Shown: piece after piece, positions 1-10,733 of the stretch
Layout: every line of letters starts with the position of its first letter
Numbering within the stretch: position 1 is the first letter of the stretch
From: an uncultured PS1 clade bacterium
GTDB lineage: Bacteria; Pseudomonadota; Alphaproteobacteria; MED-G09
Reading direction: 5' to 3'
DNA length: 64,000 bases
Assembly: GCA_902608415.1 (NCBI GenBank)
Contig: CACLNZ010000003.1
Location: forward strand, 4,949 to 68,948
The notes under the pieces: model-generated
Told to the model about the DNA's origin: nothing
The model's database searches: none
What the model saw: only the letters and a program-made list of their open reading frames with translations
Translations under genes and position numbers: made by a program

Positions 1-1
1 C

Positions 2-193
2 TCAGGTATTGTTATGAAGTCTTTAGGATTTCCGATGGATATGTTTACAGTTTTGTTTGCAGTTGGAAGAACAGTTGGATGGGTTTCTCAGTGGAATGAA
101 ATGATAGAGGATAGAAGTCAAAGGATTGGAAGACCTCGTCAACTATATATTGGAAACAAACATAGACAATATATTGGTATACATAAAAGATAA
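2..193 (+). CDS. gltA: citrate synthase, C-terminal fragment (5' end outside window)
   Basis: Frame 2 is open from the window edge to TAA at 191-193. It translates to [63 protein letters not shown], which matches the conserved C-terminal block of bacterial citrate synthases (GW..W.EM..D...I.RPRQLY.G). It is not listed in the supplied ORF track. Confidence 0.8.
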   Translation, partial: SGIVMKSLGFPMDMFTVLFAVGRTVGWVSQWNEMIEDRSQRIGRPRQLYIGNKHRQYIGIHKR

Positions 194-1339
194 TTAATTT
201 TCCAATATTTTCTTTATAATTCTAGTTGCAGTTTCACTTGGATCATTAATATCTTTATACATAATCGTGTTAAATTCTTTTAAATCCTCAATTTGTTTTT
301 TTTGAATTTTTTCATTTAATAACAATTTATTTAATTCATTAATCAAATTTTCTTTTGTGTAACTATCTTGTAATAGCTCTTTTGAAGAATCTCTTTCTAA
401 AATTAGATTCACTAGTGAAACAAATTTTACTTTGGCCATTTTTGATACAAAAAACCATGTAAATTTATCCATCTTGTAAATAACAATAGTTGGGGTATCA
501 GTTAAACCTAATTCTAAAGTAACTGTTCCAGAAGAGGCACATGCAAAATCTGCATTTTTAAATAGTGAATATTTTTCATTATCATTTGTAATTATTTTAA
601 CATCAGGAAAATAAACCCTCATTTGATTTAATTGTTTTTGTCCTGTTGCTATTAGAATATTTAATTTAAAATTTTGTTCTTTCAAATATCTTATTGCTTG
701 AGACATTATTGGGGAATGTCTCTCAATCTCGCTTTTACGGCTTCCTGGTAAAAAAATAATTGTTTTGTTATCAAGTAAATCATATTTTTTCTTAAAATTT
801 ATGTCATCTATTTTTTTAACCGTTTCAATAAAAGGATGCCCAATATAAGTAGTTTTCAGTCCATATTTTTCAAAAAAATTAACCTCGAAAGGAATAACTG
901 ATAATAGATGATCAAAATATTCTGACATCTTCTTTGCCCTGCCTTGCCGCCAAGCCCATACAGTTGGAGCAACATAACAAACTATAGGAACATCAGGTAA
1001 ATATCTTTTTACCTTTTTTGCAACTCTATGATTAAAGTCGGGACTATCAATAAGAATTATGATATTAGGTTTTTTTTGGATTATATCATTTACAACATCA
1101 TTAATTTTATTAATTAAGAAAAATAATTTTCTTAAAACGGGAAAAATACCAAAAATAGAAATATCACTCATTTCAAACAATGAAATAAATTTATTTGATT
1201 GCATCCTTTCTCCTCCAACACCGTTAAATATCGGAGAATTAAGTTTTTTTTGTAATGTTTTAATTAACTTATCGCCCAATATATCTCCGGATGGCTCGCC
1301 AGCAACTATATAAATTTTTGGACTATTAAGTTTTTCCAT
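194..1339 (-). CDS. lpxB: lipid-A-disaccharide synthase
   Basis: 381-aa ORF with an ATG start. The N-terminal KIYIVAGEPSGDILG motif is typical of LpxB. It is the last gene of the lpxD-fabZ-lpxA-lpxI-lpxB cluster and overlaps lpxI by 14 nt. Confidence 0.9.
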   Translation of the reverse strand: MEKLNSPKIYIVAGEPSGDILGDKLIKTLQKKLNSPIFNGVGGERMQSNKFISLFEMSDISIFGIFPVLRKLFFLINKINDVVNDIIQKKPNIIILIDSPDFNHRVAKKVKRYLPDVPIVCYVAPTVWAWRQGRAKKMSEYFDHLLSVIPFEVNFFEKYGLKTTYIGHPFIETVKKIDDINFKKKYDLLDNKTIIFLPGSRKSEIERHSPIMSQAIRYLKEQNFKLNILIATGQKQLNQMRVYFPDVKIITNDNEKYSLFKNADFACASSGTVTLELGLTDTPTIVIYKMDKFTWFFVSKMAKVKFVSLVNLILERDSSKELLQDSYTKENLINELNKLLLNEKIQKKQIEDLKEFNTIMYKDINDPSETATRIIKKILEN

Positions 1340-2156
1340 TGCTTATTCCGAAGATAAAAATATTATTCTCATTAGCAAATTTAATAACTTTTTCTTTTTC
1401 TAATATAAAGGAGGATTTTTCCTCAAGCGCTATTCCGGAAAGTCCTATTTCCTTTATAAGCTCAATAGTTTTCATTCCTATTGCTGGTAAATCAACTCTT
1501 CTATCTTGAATAGGCTTAGCTAATTTTACAAGAACACCCTCATTTTTAAATCTTATTTTTCTTAAAATTATATCTTTTAACATCTTATCAGTTCCTAAAA
1601 TACCTTCAGAGGCTATAATTTTTCCATTTGCCACAACACAAGCTTGGCCAATATCCTTAGTACCTATATTTTTACACCTCTCAATCGCTATATTGATATC
1701 GTTTCTTGTTTTATCCTGTATTTTTTTACCAGCAATCAATCCTTCAGCCATAAGTAAATGCGATATATATTTTTCAGCCCCAATAATTTTAAAATTATTA
1801 TCCATTTCAAGAAAATTAAGAAGAGTTTTTAAAATAGAAGCATCTCCTTTAACAGGTAGAATAAGAAGTTTGATAAAAAGCTTTAAAGCGCCAAAATCAG
1901 GATTCAAAAACCAGACATTTGGCTTTTTAACGCCGCCAATTATTATTAATTCTTCACAATGATTTTCTTTTAAGGCTTTAATTGCCTTACCTATTTGGCC
2001 TAGTCTTATCCACAAATGAGGATATTGTTCAATATCTTTAGAAGCAGAACCTTTCAAAGCAACAATAAATACTTTTTTTTCTTGTTTATAAATAGATTTT
2101 ACTACTTCAAGAGGAAAATTTCCATCTCCTGCTATCAATCCAACTTTCATAGACAT
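1326..2156 (-). CDS. lpxI: UDP-2,3-diacylglucosamine pyrophosphatase LpxI-type (DUF1009 family)
   Basis: 276-aa ORF lying between lpxA and lpxB, which is the characteristic alphaproteobacterial position of lpxI. The N-terminus VGLIAGDGNFP resembles LpxI. Assigned from context plus motif only. Confidence 0.75.
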   Translation of the reverse strand: MSMKVGLIAGDGNFPLEVVKSIYKQEKKVFIVALKGSASKDIEQYPHLWIRLGQIGKAIKALKENHCEELIIIGGVKKPNVWFLNPDFGALKLFIKLLILPVKGDASILKTLLNFLEMDNNFKIIGAEKYISHLLMAEGLIAGKKIQDKTRNDINIAIERCKNIGTKDIGQACVVANGKIIASEGILGTDKMLKDIILRKIRFKNEGVLVKLAKPIQDRRVDLPAIGMKTIELIKEIGLSGIALEEKSSFILEKEKVIKFANENNIFIFGISNGKT

Positions 2157-2159
2157 TTT

Positions 2160-2954
2160 CTATATCTCAGATGGTGAAACATAAGATCTGCTCGTTTCAA
2201 CAGTAACAAAATCAGTAATTATTTTAGCTGGATTAGATAAGAGTTTTTCATCTTTTAGTTTATTTATTTTATTTTTAAACTCAAGATCGTTAGCATTAAA
2301 TAAAATTGAGTATACTTTTTTTACCTCATCTATTTCACTTTTTGAAAAATTTCTTCTTCGCATTCCTACAAAATTTATACCTTCAAGATTTGCTCTATTA
2401 CCCACAGCCATACCAAATGGTAATAAATCACGGGTTACTGCGGCTAATCCTCCAATAAATGAATGGCAACCTATACGACTCCATTGATGTACTGCTGCTA
2501 AGCCACCCAAAATTGCCCAATCACCAACCTCAACATGTCCAGCTACTGTAGCATTGTTAGCGAAAACACAATTATTTCCAACTTTACAGTCGTGTGCAAT
2601 ATGGGCGCCCACCATGAATAAATTATTTTCACCTATCTCGGTAAGCATTCCCCCTTCTTTTGTTCCAGAATGCATTGTTACATGTTCACGAATTTTATTG
2701 TTAGCGCCTATTATAAGCTTACCTTCTTCACTATCATATTTTAAATCTTGCGGTTCAGAACCTATAACAGAAAAAGGCCATATCTTTGTATTTTCACCAA
2801 TAGTAGTGGATCCCGAAATACTTATGTGAGATATAAGAGTAACATTATCTCTAATAGTTACATCACCATCTATATTACAATAGGGTCCAATTGAAACATT
2901 CTCTCCAATTTTAGTCTTAGGACTGATAATTGCTGTATCATGAATATTTGTCAT
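2160..2954 (-). CDS. lpxA: acyl-ACP--UDP-GlcNAc O-acyltransferase
   Basis: 264 aa with left-handed beta-helix hexapeptide repeats and an LpxA-type C-terminal helical domain. ATGA start/stop overlap with fabZ. Confidence 0.92.
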   Translation of the reverse strand: MTNIHDTAIISPKTKIGENVSIGPYCNIDGDVTIRDNVTLISHISISGSTTIGENTKIWPFSVIGSEPQDLKYDSEEGKLIIGANNKIREHVTMHSGTKEGGMLTEIGENNLFMVGAHIAHDCKVGNNCVFANNATVAGHVEVGDWAILGGLAAVHQWSRIGCHSFIGGLAAVTRDLLPFGMAVGNRANLEGINFVGMRRRNFSKSEIDEVKKVYSILFNANDLEFKNKINKLKDEKLLSNPAKIITDFVTVETSRSYVSPSEI

Positions 2955-3418
2955 TTTTTATTATCATCCAATCTTACAACCATAGCTGCAAAACTTGATT
3001 CACAAGCTAGTTGATCTTCAACAAAAGATTTTCCGTAAAATTGCCAAACATCTCCTCTACTTTTTTCTTTTTTTACTTCAATTCTAATTTGATCGCCAGG
3101 AGTTATAGGTTTTCTAAATCTTGCTTTATCAATTTTCATAAGAAAAACTGATAAATTTTTTGAATCTTTATTCTCATTTTCCAAAACAACAAGACAACTG
3201 GCAGCTTGTGCCATGGCTTCAACAATTAACACCCCGGGCATTATCGGTCTATCGGGAAAATGACCTTGAAAAAAAGGCTCATTAATTGAAACGCTCTTTA
3301 TTGCAACTAAGTTATCTGAATCGTAACTAAGAATTCTATCTACAAGTAAAAATGGGTATCTATGAGGAATTAGTTTAATTACCTCTTGTGCTTGTTTTAT
3401 TGGATCATCAGTATTCAT
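2951..3418 (-). CDS. fabZ: 3-hydroxyacyl-ACP dehydratase
   Basis: 155 aa with FabZ motifs [18 protein letters not shown] and [18 protein letters not shown] overlap with lpxD. Confidence 0.95.
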   Translation of the reverse strand: MNTDDPIKQAQEVIKLIPHRYPFLLVDRILSYDSDNLVAIKSVSINEPFFQGHFPDRPIMPGVLIVEAMAQAASCLVVLENENKDSKNLSVFLMKIDKARFRKPITPGDQIRIEVKKEKSRGDVWQFYGKSFVEDQLACESSFAAMVVRLDDNKK

Positions 3419-4455
3419 TTTATTAACCTATTTTTTAATAATTTTTTTAAAGCAATTAACTCTTTTTTCCACACATCCATTCTTTTAACTGGCCATCCAG
3501 CCCACTTCTGTCCTGGAGGTAAATCTTTAGTGACGCCCGTTTTGGCAGCAATTTGTGAACCCTTTCCAATAGTTAAATGACCAACAGCTCCTGATTTAGC
3601 TCCCATAACTACAAAATCCTCTAAAACCGTTGAACCAGCTAAACCAACCATCCCTGTAAGTATACAGTTTTTTCCAATAATACAATTATGTGCTATATGA
3701 ACTAAATTATCTAATTTTGTTCCTTCCCCAATAATAGTGTTCTCTGCACTACCTCTGTCAATAGTACAGTTAGCGCCTATCTCAACATCATTATGAATTT
3801 CAACTAAGCCTAATTGTGGAATTTTTTGGTGACCAGATGAAGACATAGCAAAACCAAAACCATCTTGTCCAATGCTAGTACCATTATGAATCTTAACATT
3901 GTCACCAACATATGAATGAGTTATTGAAACATTAGAACCAATATAGCAGTCTTTTCCTATTGTAACATTGGCTCCAATGACTGAGTTTGAAGCAATAAAA
4001 GTTTTATCACCAATTACAGCATTCTCACCAACTACAGCTCCGAACTCAATTATAACATCTCTACCTAAATTAATATTATCAGGAATATCATTAGTAATAT
4101 TATTTTTTTGTCCCGTAAGATAATCAGCTTTTAGTTCTTTCGGATAAAATTTTTGCGATATTAAAGCAAATCCCATATATGGATCATCACATAAGATTAA
4201 AGGCATGCCTTTGGGGGCAAGGTCGACATTAAGCTCGCTTATTACGCAAGCGCCAGCTGAGGAATACTTTAACTCTTTTTTTAAGGCAAGGTTTGAAAAA
4301 AAAGTTATTTCGCTGTCTTTTGCATTTTTTAATGATGAAATATCTTCTATTAGAATATCAGAACTGTCTATAGAACTTAATTTACCATTAATATGATCTG
4401 ATAAAATTTTTAGCTTATAAGGGCCAGTTTTTTTAAAAAAACTTTTTTCACTCAT
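3415..4455 (-). CDS. lpxD: UDP-3-O-acylglucosamine N-acyltransferase
   Basis: 346 aa with an LpxD N-terminal domain followed by a long hexapeptide-repeat region, in the conserved position upstream of fabZ. Confidence 0.92.
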   Translation of the reverse strand: MSEKSFFKKTGPYKLKILSDHINGKLSSIDSSDILIEDISSLKNAKDSEITFFSNLALKKELKYSSAGACVISELNVDLAPKGMPLILCDDPYMGFALISQKFYPKELKADYLTGQKNNITNDIPDNINLGRDVIIEFGAVVGENAVIGDKTFIASNSVIGANVTIGKDCYIGSNVSITHSYVGDNVKIHNGTSIGQDGFGFAMSSSGHQKIPQLGLVEIHNDVEIGANCTIDRGSAENTIIGEGTKLDNLVHIAHNCIIGKNCILTGMVGLAGSTVLEDFVVMGAKSGAVGHLTIGKGSQIAAKTGVTKDLPPGQKWAGWPVKRMDVWKKELIALKKLLKNRLIK

Positions 4456-4466
4456 AAGTAATAGTT

Positions 4467-5006
4467 TTAATCCTGATCAACAATAACATCTATCTTTGGA
4501 AGTCTTTTATTTAATTTTTTAATAACTTCTGCAGATACATCTAATTTCGGGTCAGCAAATAATAGAGATTGCCTCTCAAGAAGCATCTTAGCGCCTTTTT
4601 CATTAACAATTTCAGTTAAAATTGGACTAATTACTGAGTCAATGGAATTTGATGCCCTTTGAATGGCTTGTTGGATTTTTTGAAGTCTAACATTTAATTC
4701 ATTTTGTTTTTCTTCGGCTTCTTTTCTTAGTTCATCAGCTCTTTCCTGAAAAACATCTGGAGATAGAAGAGTTCTTTCATCTTCAAGCTTTTTTCCTTTA
4801 TCTTGAAGAGATTTAGTAATTTCATCTCTGAGCTTGATAATCTCACTATTTAGCTCTTCACTTTGTTCTCTAAGAGATGAACCTGCTTTAGATTGCCCAA
4901 CAATGTATTGTAAGTTAATAAAAAGTATATCTTCTGAAGCTGATAGTTTTTCACTAAAACTCAATAAGAATACTGCTGATAAAGCTATAATAAAATATTT
5001 TTTCAT
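4467..5006 (-). CDS. skp: periplasmic chaperone Skp/OmpH family
   Basis: 179 aa with a signal peptide ([17 protein letters not shown]) and a coiled-coil-rich body. It sits in the conserved slot between bamA and lpxD, with a GGAGG SD upstream. Confidence 0.8.
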   Translation of the reverse strand: MKKYFIIALSAVFLLSFSEKLSASEDILFINLQYIVGQSKAGSSLREQSEELNSEIIKLRDEITKSLQDKGKKLEDERTLLSPDVFQERADELRKEAEEKQNELNVRLQKIQQAIQRASNSIDSVISPILTEIVNEKGAKMLLERQSLLFADPKLDVSAEVIKKLNKRLPKIDVIVDQD

Positions 5007-5120
5007 AATTTCTCCTCCAGGTAAATACGAATTGCAAGATAACTATAGAATTTGCTTAAATCAATCAATAAAAATATTCCAATGAATATATGTTACAACA
5101 AGTTACTATTCTAAATATTA

Positions 5121-7586
5121 TTAAAATCTTGTTCCGCCGCTAAATCTAAAGAATTTAGCATCATCATAGTCTTCACTAACTACAGCTCTTCCAATATCAA
5201 AACGAATAGGTCCAAAAGGTGAGTTCCAGTTAAGCGTTACGCCAACAGTAGCTCTGAAAGTTGCATCATCGACAAATCTAGTACATAATGTTCCGTAAAT
5301 TTCATTTAAACCTGCACTATCATTTCTACATGCCTCATTAATAACTGAATAGTTTTGACTCAGTAAGTCGGATAGGTTGTAAAATGGACTATTAATATCT
5401 CCCACCAACTCTTGAGCTCTACTGGTATTTAAAACCCGATCTTGGTCATCATTTTTTCCTATAATGCCAAAATCAGTAAATAGAGCGGTTCTAAGACCAA
5501 ATTCATCAGGAAGGCCCAATGGAACTGTTATTTCAAGTGTACCAATAGCAAATAATTCAGCACCTCTTGGGCGATCAGTAAGTTTTTCTTTTGGACCTAC
5601 TCCAGCCCTATCAAATCCTCTAAAAGTATTACCACCTTTAAAAAATCTATCATTAATTCTTAAATCTTTACTACCATAATTATATATGTAGCCTGCATTT
5701 GCTCCAGCACTTAAAACCCAATTACGGGCTATTTCATAATAATATCTTCCGCCAAAATTTGATTTAATGTATTCAGATTCACCAAGAAGACCAGCAATAT
5801 CTTGGCCAACAGAAAATGTCCATCCGCGTGTTGTATCAATTGGATCATCTCTTGTATCAATAACATAACTATATCCAATTTCTGATTTGTCAGCATTATA
5901 GTCATCAGCTAAATTATAACCACTTTGGAAAAAATAACTTGAAATCTCCTCTTTTAAGTATCGATAAAATACTGAAAGACTTGCATATTCAGCCATAGGC
6001 CAAACAGCTCTTATTGATGCGCCTGATTGAGTAGATCGATATGATGAATATCTTCTGTAATCATTGTCAATATGAAAAATATCAAAACCAGCAGTTAATC
6101 TTCTTCCTAAAAAATAAGGTTGAGTAAAGCCTATTTCAAATTGCTTTCTTCTTTCCGATGTAGATATGTTTAATCGAACTGACTGACCCCTACCCAATAA
6201 ATTTCTTTCTGAAATTCCTATTTCTAATAATAAGCTTTCGGCTGAGGAAAAACCTGCACCTAGACTTAACTCACCTGTAGGTTGTTCTTCAACCTCAAAA
6301 TCAACTATCATCCTATCTTCTTCAGTGCCAGGTCTGATTGATGTTTCAACCTCCCTGAAATAACCTAGGGATTTTATCTTAGTTTCTGATCTATCAATTA
6401 AAACTTTATTATATGCATCTCCTTCGGAAACCCTTAACTCGCGCCTTATAACCTCGTCCCTTGTTCTTGTATTTTCATTAATATTAATTTTTTCAATATA
6501 AACTCTTGGCCCTTCATCAATAGAGTAGACGATATCAACAATGCCTTCCTCCCTCTTTCTTCTAACTCTTGGCCTTACCTCAGCAGAGGCGTAACCCTCT
6601 TCTCCAACAGCCAAAGTCAATGCATCTACTGTAATATCAATATCTGTGGCTTTGTATTGATTGCCTTTTCTATGCTCAATAAGATATAACAGTTCATCTG
6701 TATCCATATTTTCAAGAGAGCTCTCAATAGAAGATTCTCCGAACTCATAAACCTGACCCTCATCTAAAACAAATGTTATTACAAAGTTATTACCATCTTT
6801 AGTCAACTCAGCAACAGCAGATATAACTTGAAAATCCGCATAACCCTCATCTAAATAAAATTTTCTAATCTGTTCTCTATCATATGCTAATTTATCTGGA
6901 TCATATGAATCATCTGAAGAGAAAAATCTCCACCATTTTGACTCTTTTGTTACTAATTGACTTTTTAACTTTCTATCACGAAAACTTCTATTTCCTAGAA
7001 AGTTAATTGAGGAAACGCCTGTAGTTGGACCTTCAGTTATTTCAAAAATAAGATCAATCCTATTTTGAGGCTGCCTTATAACCTTAGGCTCTATAAAAGC
7101 AGAAAATCTTCCTGATCTTCTATATAACTCTACTAATCTTTGAACATCAGATTGAACCTTTGATCTAGTGTAAACAGATCTAGGACCTAATTCAATTTCC
7201 TCTTCAAATTTATCATCTTTAAGGGCACTATTTCCTTCAAAATCAATACGATTAATTATTGGATTCTCAATAACAAAGACTATTAAACCTGAATTTTCAT
7301 ATCTGATAGCAACATCAGCAAATAATCCTGTGTTGAAAAGAATCTTTAAAGATCTATCTACCTCCGCATCATCATAAAGGTCGCCAGGTTTCACAGTCAT
7401 GTAAGATTTTATTGTATCCGATTCAATTCTTTGAGATCCTCTGACCTCAATAAACATAATTCTTTCATATATTTGTGGTGATTGAATTGATTGATTATCA
7501 ATCGTTTCCTGAGCAGATATTATTGGTGAAAATATAAAAAACAAAAGTAAAGATTTTATAAATACTGCCAGATTGTATTTAAACAT
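5121..7586 (-). CDS. bamA: outer membrane protein assembly factor BamA
   Basis: 821 aa with a signal peptide, POTRA-like repeats and a C-terminal beta-barrel ending in FFRFSGGTRF (terminal aromatic). Conserved rseP-bamA-skp context. Confidence 0.93.
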   Translation of the reverse strand: MFKYNLAVFIKSLLLFFIFSPIISAQETIDNQSIQSPQIYERIMFIEVRGSQRIESDTIKSYMTVKPGDLYDDAEVDRSLKILFNTGLFADVAIRYENSGLIVFVIENPIINRIDFEGNSALKDDKFEEEIELGPRSVYTRSKVQSDVQRLVELYRRSGRFSAFIEPKVIRQPQNRIDLIFEITEGPTTGVSSINFLGNRSFRDRKLKSQLVTKESKWWRFFSSDDSYDPDKLAYDREQIRKFYLDEGYADFQVISAVAELTKDGNNFVITFVLDEGQVYEFGESSIESSLENMDTDELLYLIEHRKGNQYKATDIDITVDALTLAVGEEGYASAEVRPRVRRKREEGIVDIVYSIDEGPRVYIEKININENTRTRDEVIRRELRVSEGDAYNKVLIDRSETKIKSLGYFREVETSIRPGTEEDRMIVDFEVEEQPTGELSLGAGFSSAESLLLEIGISERNLLGRGQSVRLNISTSERRKQFEIGFTQPYFLGRRLTAGFDIFHIDNDYRRYSSYRSTQSGASIRAVWPMAEYASLSVFYRYLKEEISSYFFQSGYNLADDYNADKSEIGYSYVIDTRDDPIDTTRGWTFSVGQDIAGLLGESEYIKSNFGGRYYYEIARNWVLSAGANAGYIYNYGSKDLRINDRFFKGGNTFRGFDRAGVGPKEKLTDRPRGAELFAIGTLEITVPLGLPDEFGLRTALFTDFGIIGKNDDQDRVLNTSRAQELVGDINSPFYNLSDLLSQNYSVINEACRNDSAGLNEIYGTLCTRFVDDATFRATVGVTLNWNSPFGPIRFDIGRAVVSEDYDDAKFFRFSGGTRF

Positions 7587-7615
7587 ATCGATCCTTCTTT
7601 TCTTATAAAAAAATT

Positions 7616-8740
7616 CTATAATCGACTTATATCAAGAAAAGTAACAAATATCATCAAAGCAATTAAAAGACTCATGCCTATTTGCATTCCTATTTCTTGT
7701 GTTTTTTGACTAAGGGGCTTTCCTCTCAAAACTTCAAAAGAATAATAAAGTAAATGGCCTCCATCTAATACCGGAATAGGTAAAAGATTAATTATTCCTA
7801 AATTTACTGAAATAGCCGCAATTAAAGCTAATAATGGTATAATACCGTAGTTAGATATTTCACCAGAAATTTGAATAATTTTTATTGGTCCACCCATTTG
7901 ATCAATGGATTCTCTTCCAGCAATTAACTTTCCTAGATAACTTAAAATTTTTGAAGAAAGATTGTATGTCTCTAATGTTCCTCGATAGATAGATGCGAAA
8001 AAACCATATTTTTTCAACTCAACATGCTCAGGGTTTTGACTTCCAATTACACCAATTCTAGCGCTTGAATAATCATTTCCAAATCTATCTTTAGCAGAAA
8101 TAACTTCAGGCGTTAAAAAAACTGTTTTTTCTATTCCATCTCTTACAATTGTTAATTCAATTTCATTTTTAGGATTATCTAGTACATAGTCCCTTAAGTC
8201 GTTAAAATACAAAATTTCTTCATTATCTGCATAAATAATTTCATCGCCTGGTTCCAAACCTGAATTATAAGCTGGAGATTCATCAACAATTTGACCTATA
8301 TGTGGCTGAACAAGGCTTTCTCCTCGAAAAAAGAAAATCACTGAGAAAATAAAAATTGCTAATATAAAGTTAAATAATGGCCCAGCAGCAGTAGTTGCAA
8401 TTTTTTTCCAAACTGATTTATTATGGAAATTCTTATCATCCATATTATTTTCAGATAATTTTGATTTCTTACCAGAAGGATCTTCGTCACCGAAGAATTT
8501 AACATAACCACCAATTGGTAAAATAGCTATTCTCCAGAGAGTTCCAGATTTATCTGTTTTCCCCCAGACTTGCTTTCCCATACCAATTGAAAATGTTTCA
8601 ACTCCAATTCCACACCATCTTCCAACAGAATAATGACCTAATTCATGTATAAAAACGACAACCGTTATCAATAAGGCAAAAGCTAAAAAATATTGAATGG
8701 CAGTTGGCAAATACTCGATTATTAATTGAATTATATCCAT
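7616..8740 (-). CDS. rseP: RIP zinc metalloprotease RseP
   Basis: 374 aa with the HELGH zinc motif in TM1, a PDZ-like middle region and NLLPIPVLDGGH in the C-terminal TM. Abuts the dxr stop with no gap. Confidence 0.9.
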   Translation of the reverse strand: MDIIQLIIEYLPTAIQYFLAFALLITVVVFIHELGHYSVGRWCGIGVETFSIGMGKQVWGKTDKSGTLWRIAILPIGGYVKFFGDEDPSGKKSKLSENNMDDKNFHNKSVWKKIATTAAGPLFNFILAIFIFSVIFFFRGESLVQPHIGQIVDESPAYNSGLEPGDEIIYADNEEILYFNDLRDYVLDNPKNEIELTIVRDGIEKTVFLTPEVISAKDRFGNDYSSARIGVIGSQNPEHVELKKYGFFASIYRGTLETYNLSSKILSYLGKLIAGRESIDQMGGPIKIIQISGEISNYGIIPLLALIAAISVNLGIINLLPIPVLDGGHLLYYSFEVLRGKPLSQKTQEIGMQIGMSLLIALMIFVTFLDISRL

Positions 8741-9955
8741 TTAAAATCTTAATTTAATAAGTTCCTCTGTTTTTTGTCTTGTTAGGCTATCTAAATATAA
8801 AATATTATCAAGACTATCGTTATAATTTATAGTTTCATTTCCTAATAGTTTCGAAACATATTCTATAGATTCTTCAACTACAACCAAAATATCTACGAAT
8901 CTAATCTTTTTATCAAGAAAAGCTTTTACAGCAATTTCATTAGAAGAATTAAGAATGATAGATTTTTCTTTATCATTACCTTTTAAAACTGACCTTACAA
9001 GCCTTAAAGCTTGATATTCTTCTTCATCAATAGTTTCAAATGATAAGTTATTTAGTAAATCAAGATTCATTTTTTGACTTTTATTATTATAGTTTTTTGG
9101 ATAGAAAATAGCGTATTTAATAGGATGAGTCATATCTGGATATCCAAAAGCAGCTAAAAAAGTGTTATCTTCGAATGCAACTATTCCATGAGCTATAGAC
9201 TGTCGATGAATAACAACTTTAATTTTGTTTTCATCTAAATTAAATAAATGTTTTGCTTCAATTATTTCCAAGCCTTTATTCATTAAAGTGGCTGAATCTA
9301 CTGATATTTTCTTTCCCATGACCCAATTTGGGTTTTTAATGGCATCCTCAACTTCAACTTTTAAAAGTTCATCATTAGAATATTTATAAAAAGGACCTCC
9401 CGAAGCAGTAAGAAAAATATCCTTTACAGCATTATTTGTATTTTCAAGAATTTGAAAGATAGCGCTATGTTCACTATCTAAAGGTAAAATTTTAGTTTTA
9501 TATTTATTTGCTTCATTCATTATTAAAGAGCCGGCTGAAACAAAGCACTCTTTATTTGCAATACAAACTTTTTTGGAGCTTCTAATAGACTCAAGTAAAG
9601 GAGGAAGACCAGCTAACCCTACTATACCTGCTATCACTATATCTACGCTAACTTTTGCACATTCCAATAGACCATCATCACCAATATAACACTCTATTTT
9701 ATCACAATTAATTTTTCTTTTAACTTGATCTAAATCAAACTCATTTGCAAAACATATAGCTTCAGGATTGAATTCATTTGCCAATGAAGTAAGATTATCA
9801 ATATTTTTATATGCTGTTAAAATTTTTACATCAAATATTTCTTTATTTTCTCTTAAAATATTAAGAGTTGTGGTGCCAACTGATCCTGTAGATCCAAATA
9901 TTGATATAGTTTTTTTTGTCACAACCTTATCCCAAAATAATTTTGATAGGATCAT
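8741..9955 (-). CDS. dxr: 1-deoxy-D-xylulose-5-phosphate reductoisomerase
   Basis: 404-aa ORF with the NADPH motif GSTGSVG near the N-terminus. An ATG at 9955 gives a 29-nt overlap with cdsA. An in-frame GTG at 9922, 5 nt after the cdsA stop and preceded by AAGG, would give the typical M-TKKTISIFGSTGS start and may be the real initiation site. Confidence 0.93.
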   Translation of the reverse strand: MILSKLFWDKVVTKKTISIFGSTGSVGTTTLNILRENKEIFDVKILTAYKNIDNLTSLANEFNPEAICFANEFDLDQVKRKINCDKIECYIGDDGLLECAKVSVDIVIAGIVGLAGLPPLLESIRSSKKVCIANKECFVSAGSLIMNEANKYKTKILPLDSEHSAIFQILENTNNAVKDIFLTASGGPFYKYSNDELLKVEVEDAIKNPNWVMGKKISVDSATLMNKGLEIIEAKHLFNLDENKIKVVIHRQSIAHGIVAFEDNTFLAAFGYPDMTHPIKYAIFYPKNYNNKSQKMNLDLLNNLSFETIDEEEYQALRLVRSVLKGNDKEKSIILNSSNEIAVKAFLDKKIRFVDILVVVEESIEYVSKLLGNETINYNDSLDNILYLDSLTRQKTEELIKLRF

Positions 9956-10733
9956 CTAATTGACCCATTACAATTGCTAGAGGTAATAAAATAAAGAAAA
10001 CACTTATAATGCTATCTCCTCTGTCAAATAGCCCTCCATGACCAGGCAAAATTATTCCTGAATCTTTAAGATTTGCTTTTCTTTTAATATAGGAAATTAA
10101 TAAATCACCTGTAACTGAAAAAAATACGATAAAAAGACCAATTACAACAAAAGTAATTGGCTGATGAAGTGAATAAATTATCGATAATATTGAAAACCAT
10201 AGAACACCTAAAGTTATTGATGCGATAAAACCAGAATAAGTTTTATTGGGAGATATTTTTTTGAAAATTTTTGGTCCAGAGAAATATTTCCCAAATACAT
10301 ATCCAGAAATATCAGAGATTATAATAGTAGATATAATTAACAATATCGTAAGCAATCCATTTTCAAAATTCCTTAAATATTCTAAAAAACACAAACTAGT
10401 TAAAACATATATGAAACCGAAACAAGACCAAAAAGCAGAAATACTGAAATAGGCAGAAAAAGATGAAATTATTATTGATCCGGAGATTATAAATAGCAAA
10501 TCTAAAGCCGTATAACCAGGAGTAAAATAAACAAAAGATGAAAAAACTAAAGCAATAAGACCTCTAATAATCCACTGAGTTTGAGAAATAATTCTCATCC
10601 ATTCAAAAAAAAGAATTGCCGAGAGAGAGAGAATAAATATTCTTAAATAAAAATGACCGAGATAAAGCGCTAAAAAACTAAAAAAAGCTAATCCAGCTGC
10701 TGTAAAAGATCTTATTTTAAAATCTGAAAACAT
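9927..10733 (-). CDS. cdsA: phosphatidate cytidylyltransferase
   Basis: 268 aa, polytopic membrane protein with the CdsA signature SYIKRKANLKDSGIILPGHGGLFDRGDS. Confidence 0.9.
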   Translation of the reverse strand: MFSDFKIRSFTAAGLAFFSFLALYLGHFYLRIFILSLSAILFFEWMRIISQTQWIIRGLIALVFSSFVYFTPGYTALDLLFIISGSIIISSFSAYFSISAFWSCFGFIYVLTSLCFLEYLRNFENGLLTILLIISTIIISDISGYVFGKYFSGPKIFKKISPNKTYSGFIASITLGVLWFSILSIIYSLHQPITFVVIGLFIVFFSVTGDLLISYIKRKANLKDSGIILPGHGGLFDRGDSIISVFFILLPLAIVMGQLDDPIKIILG

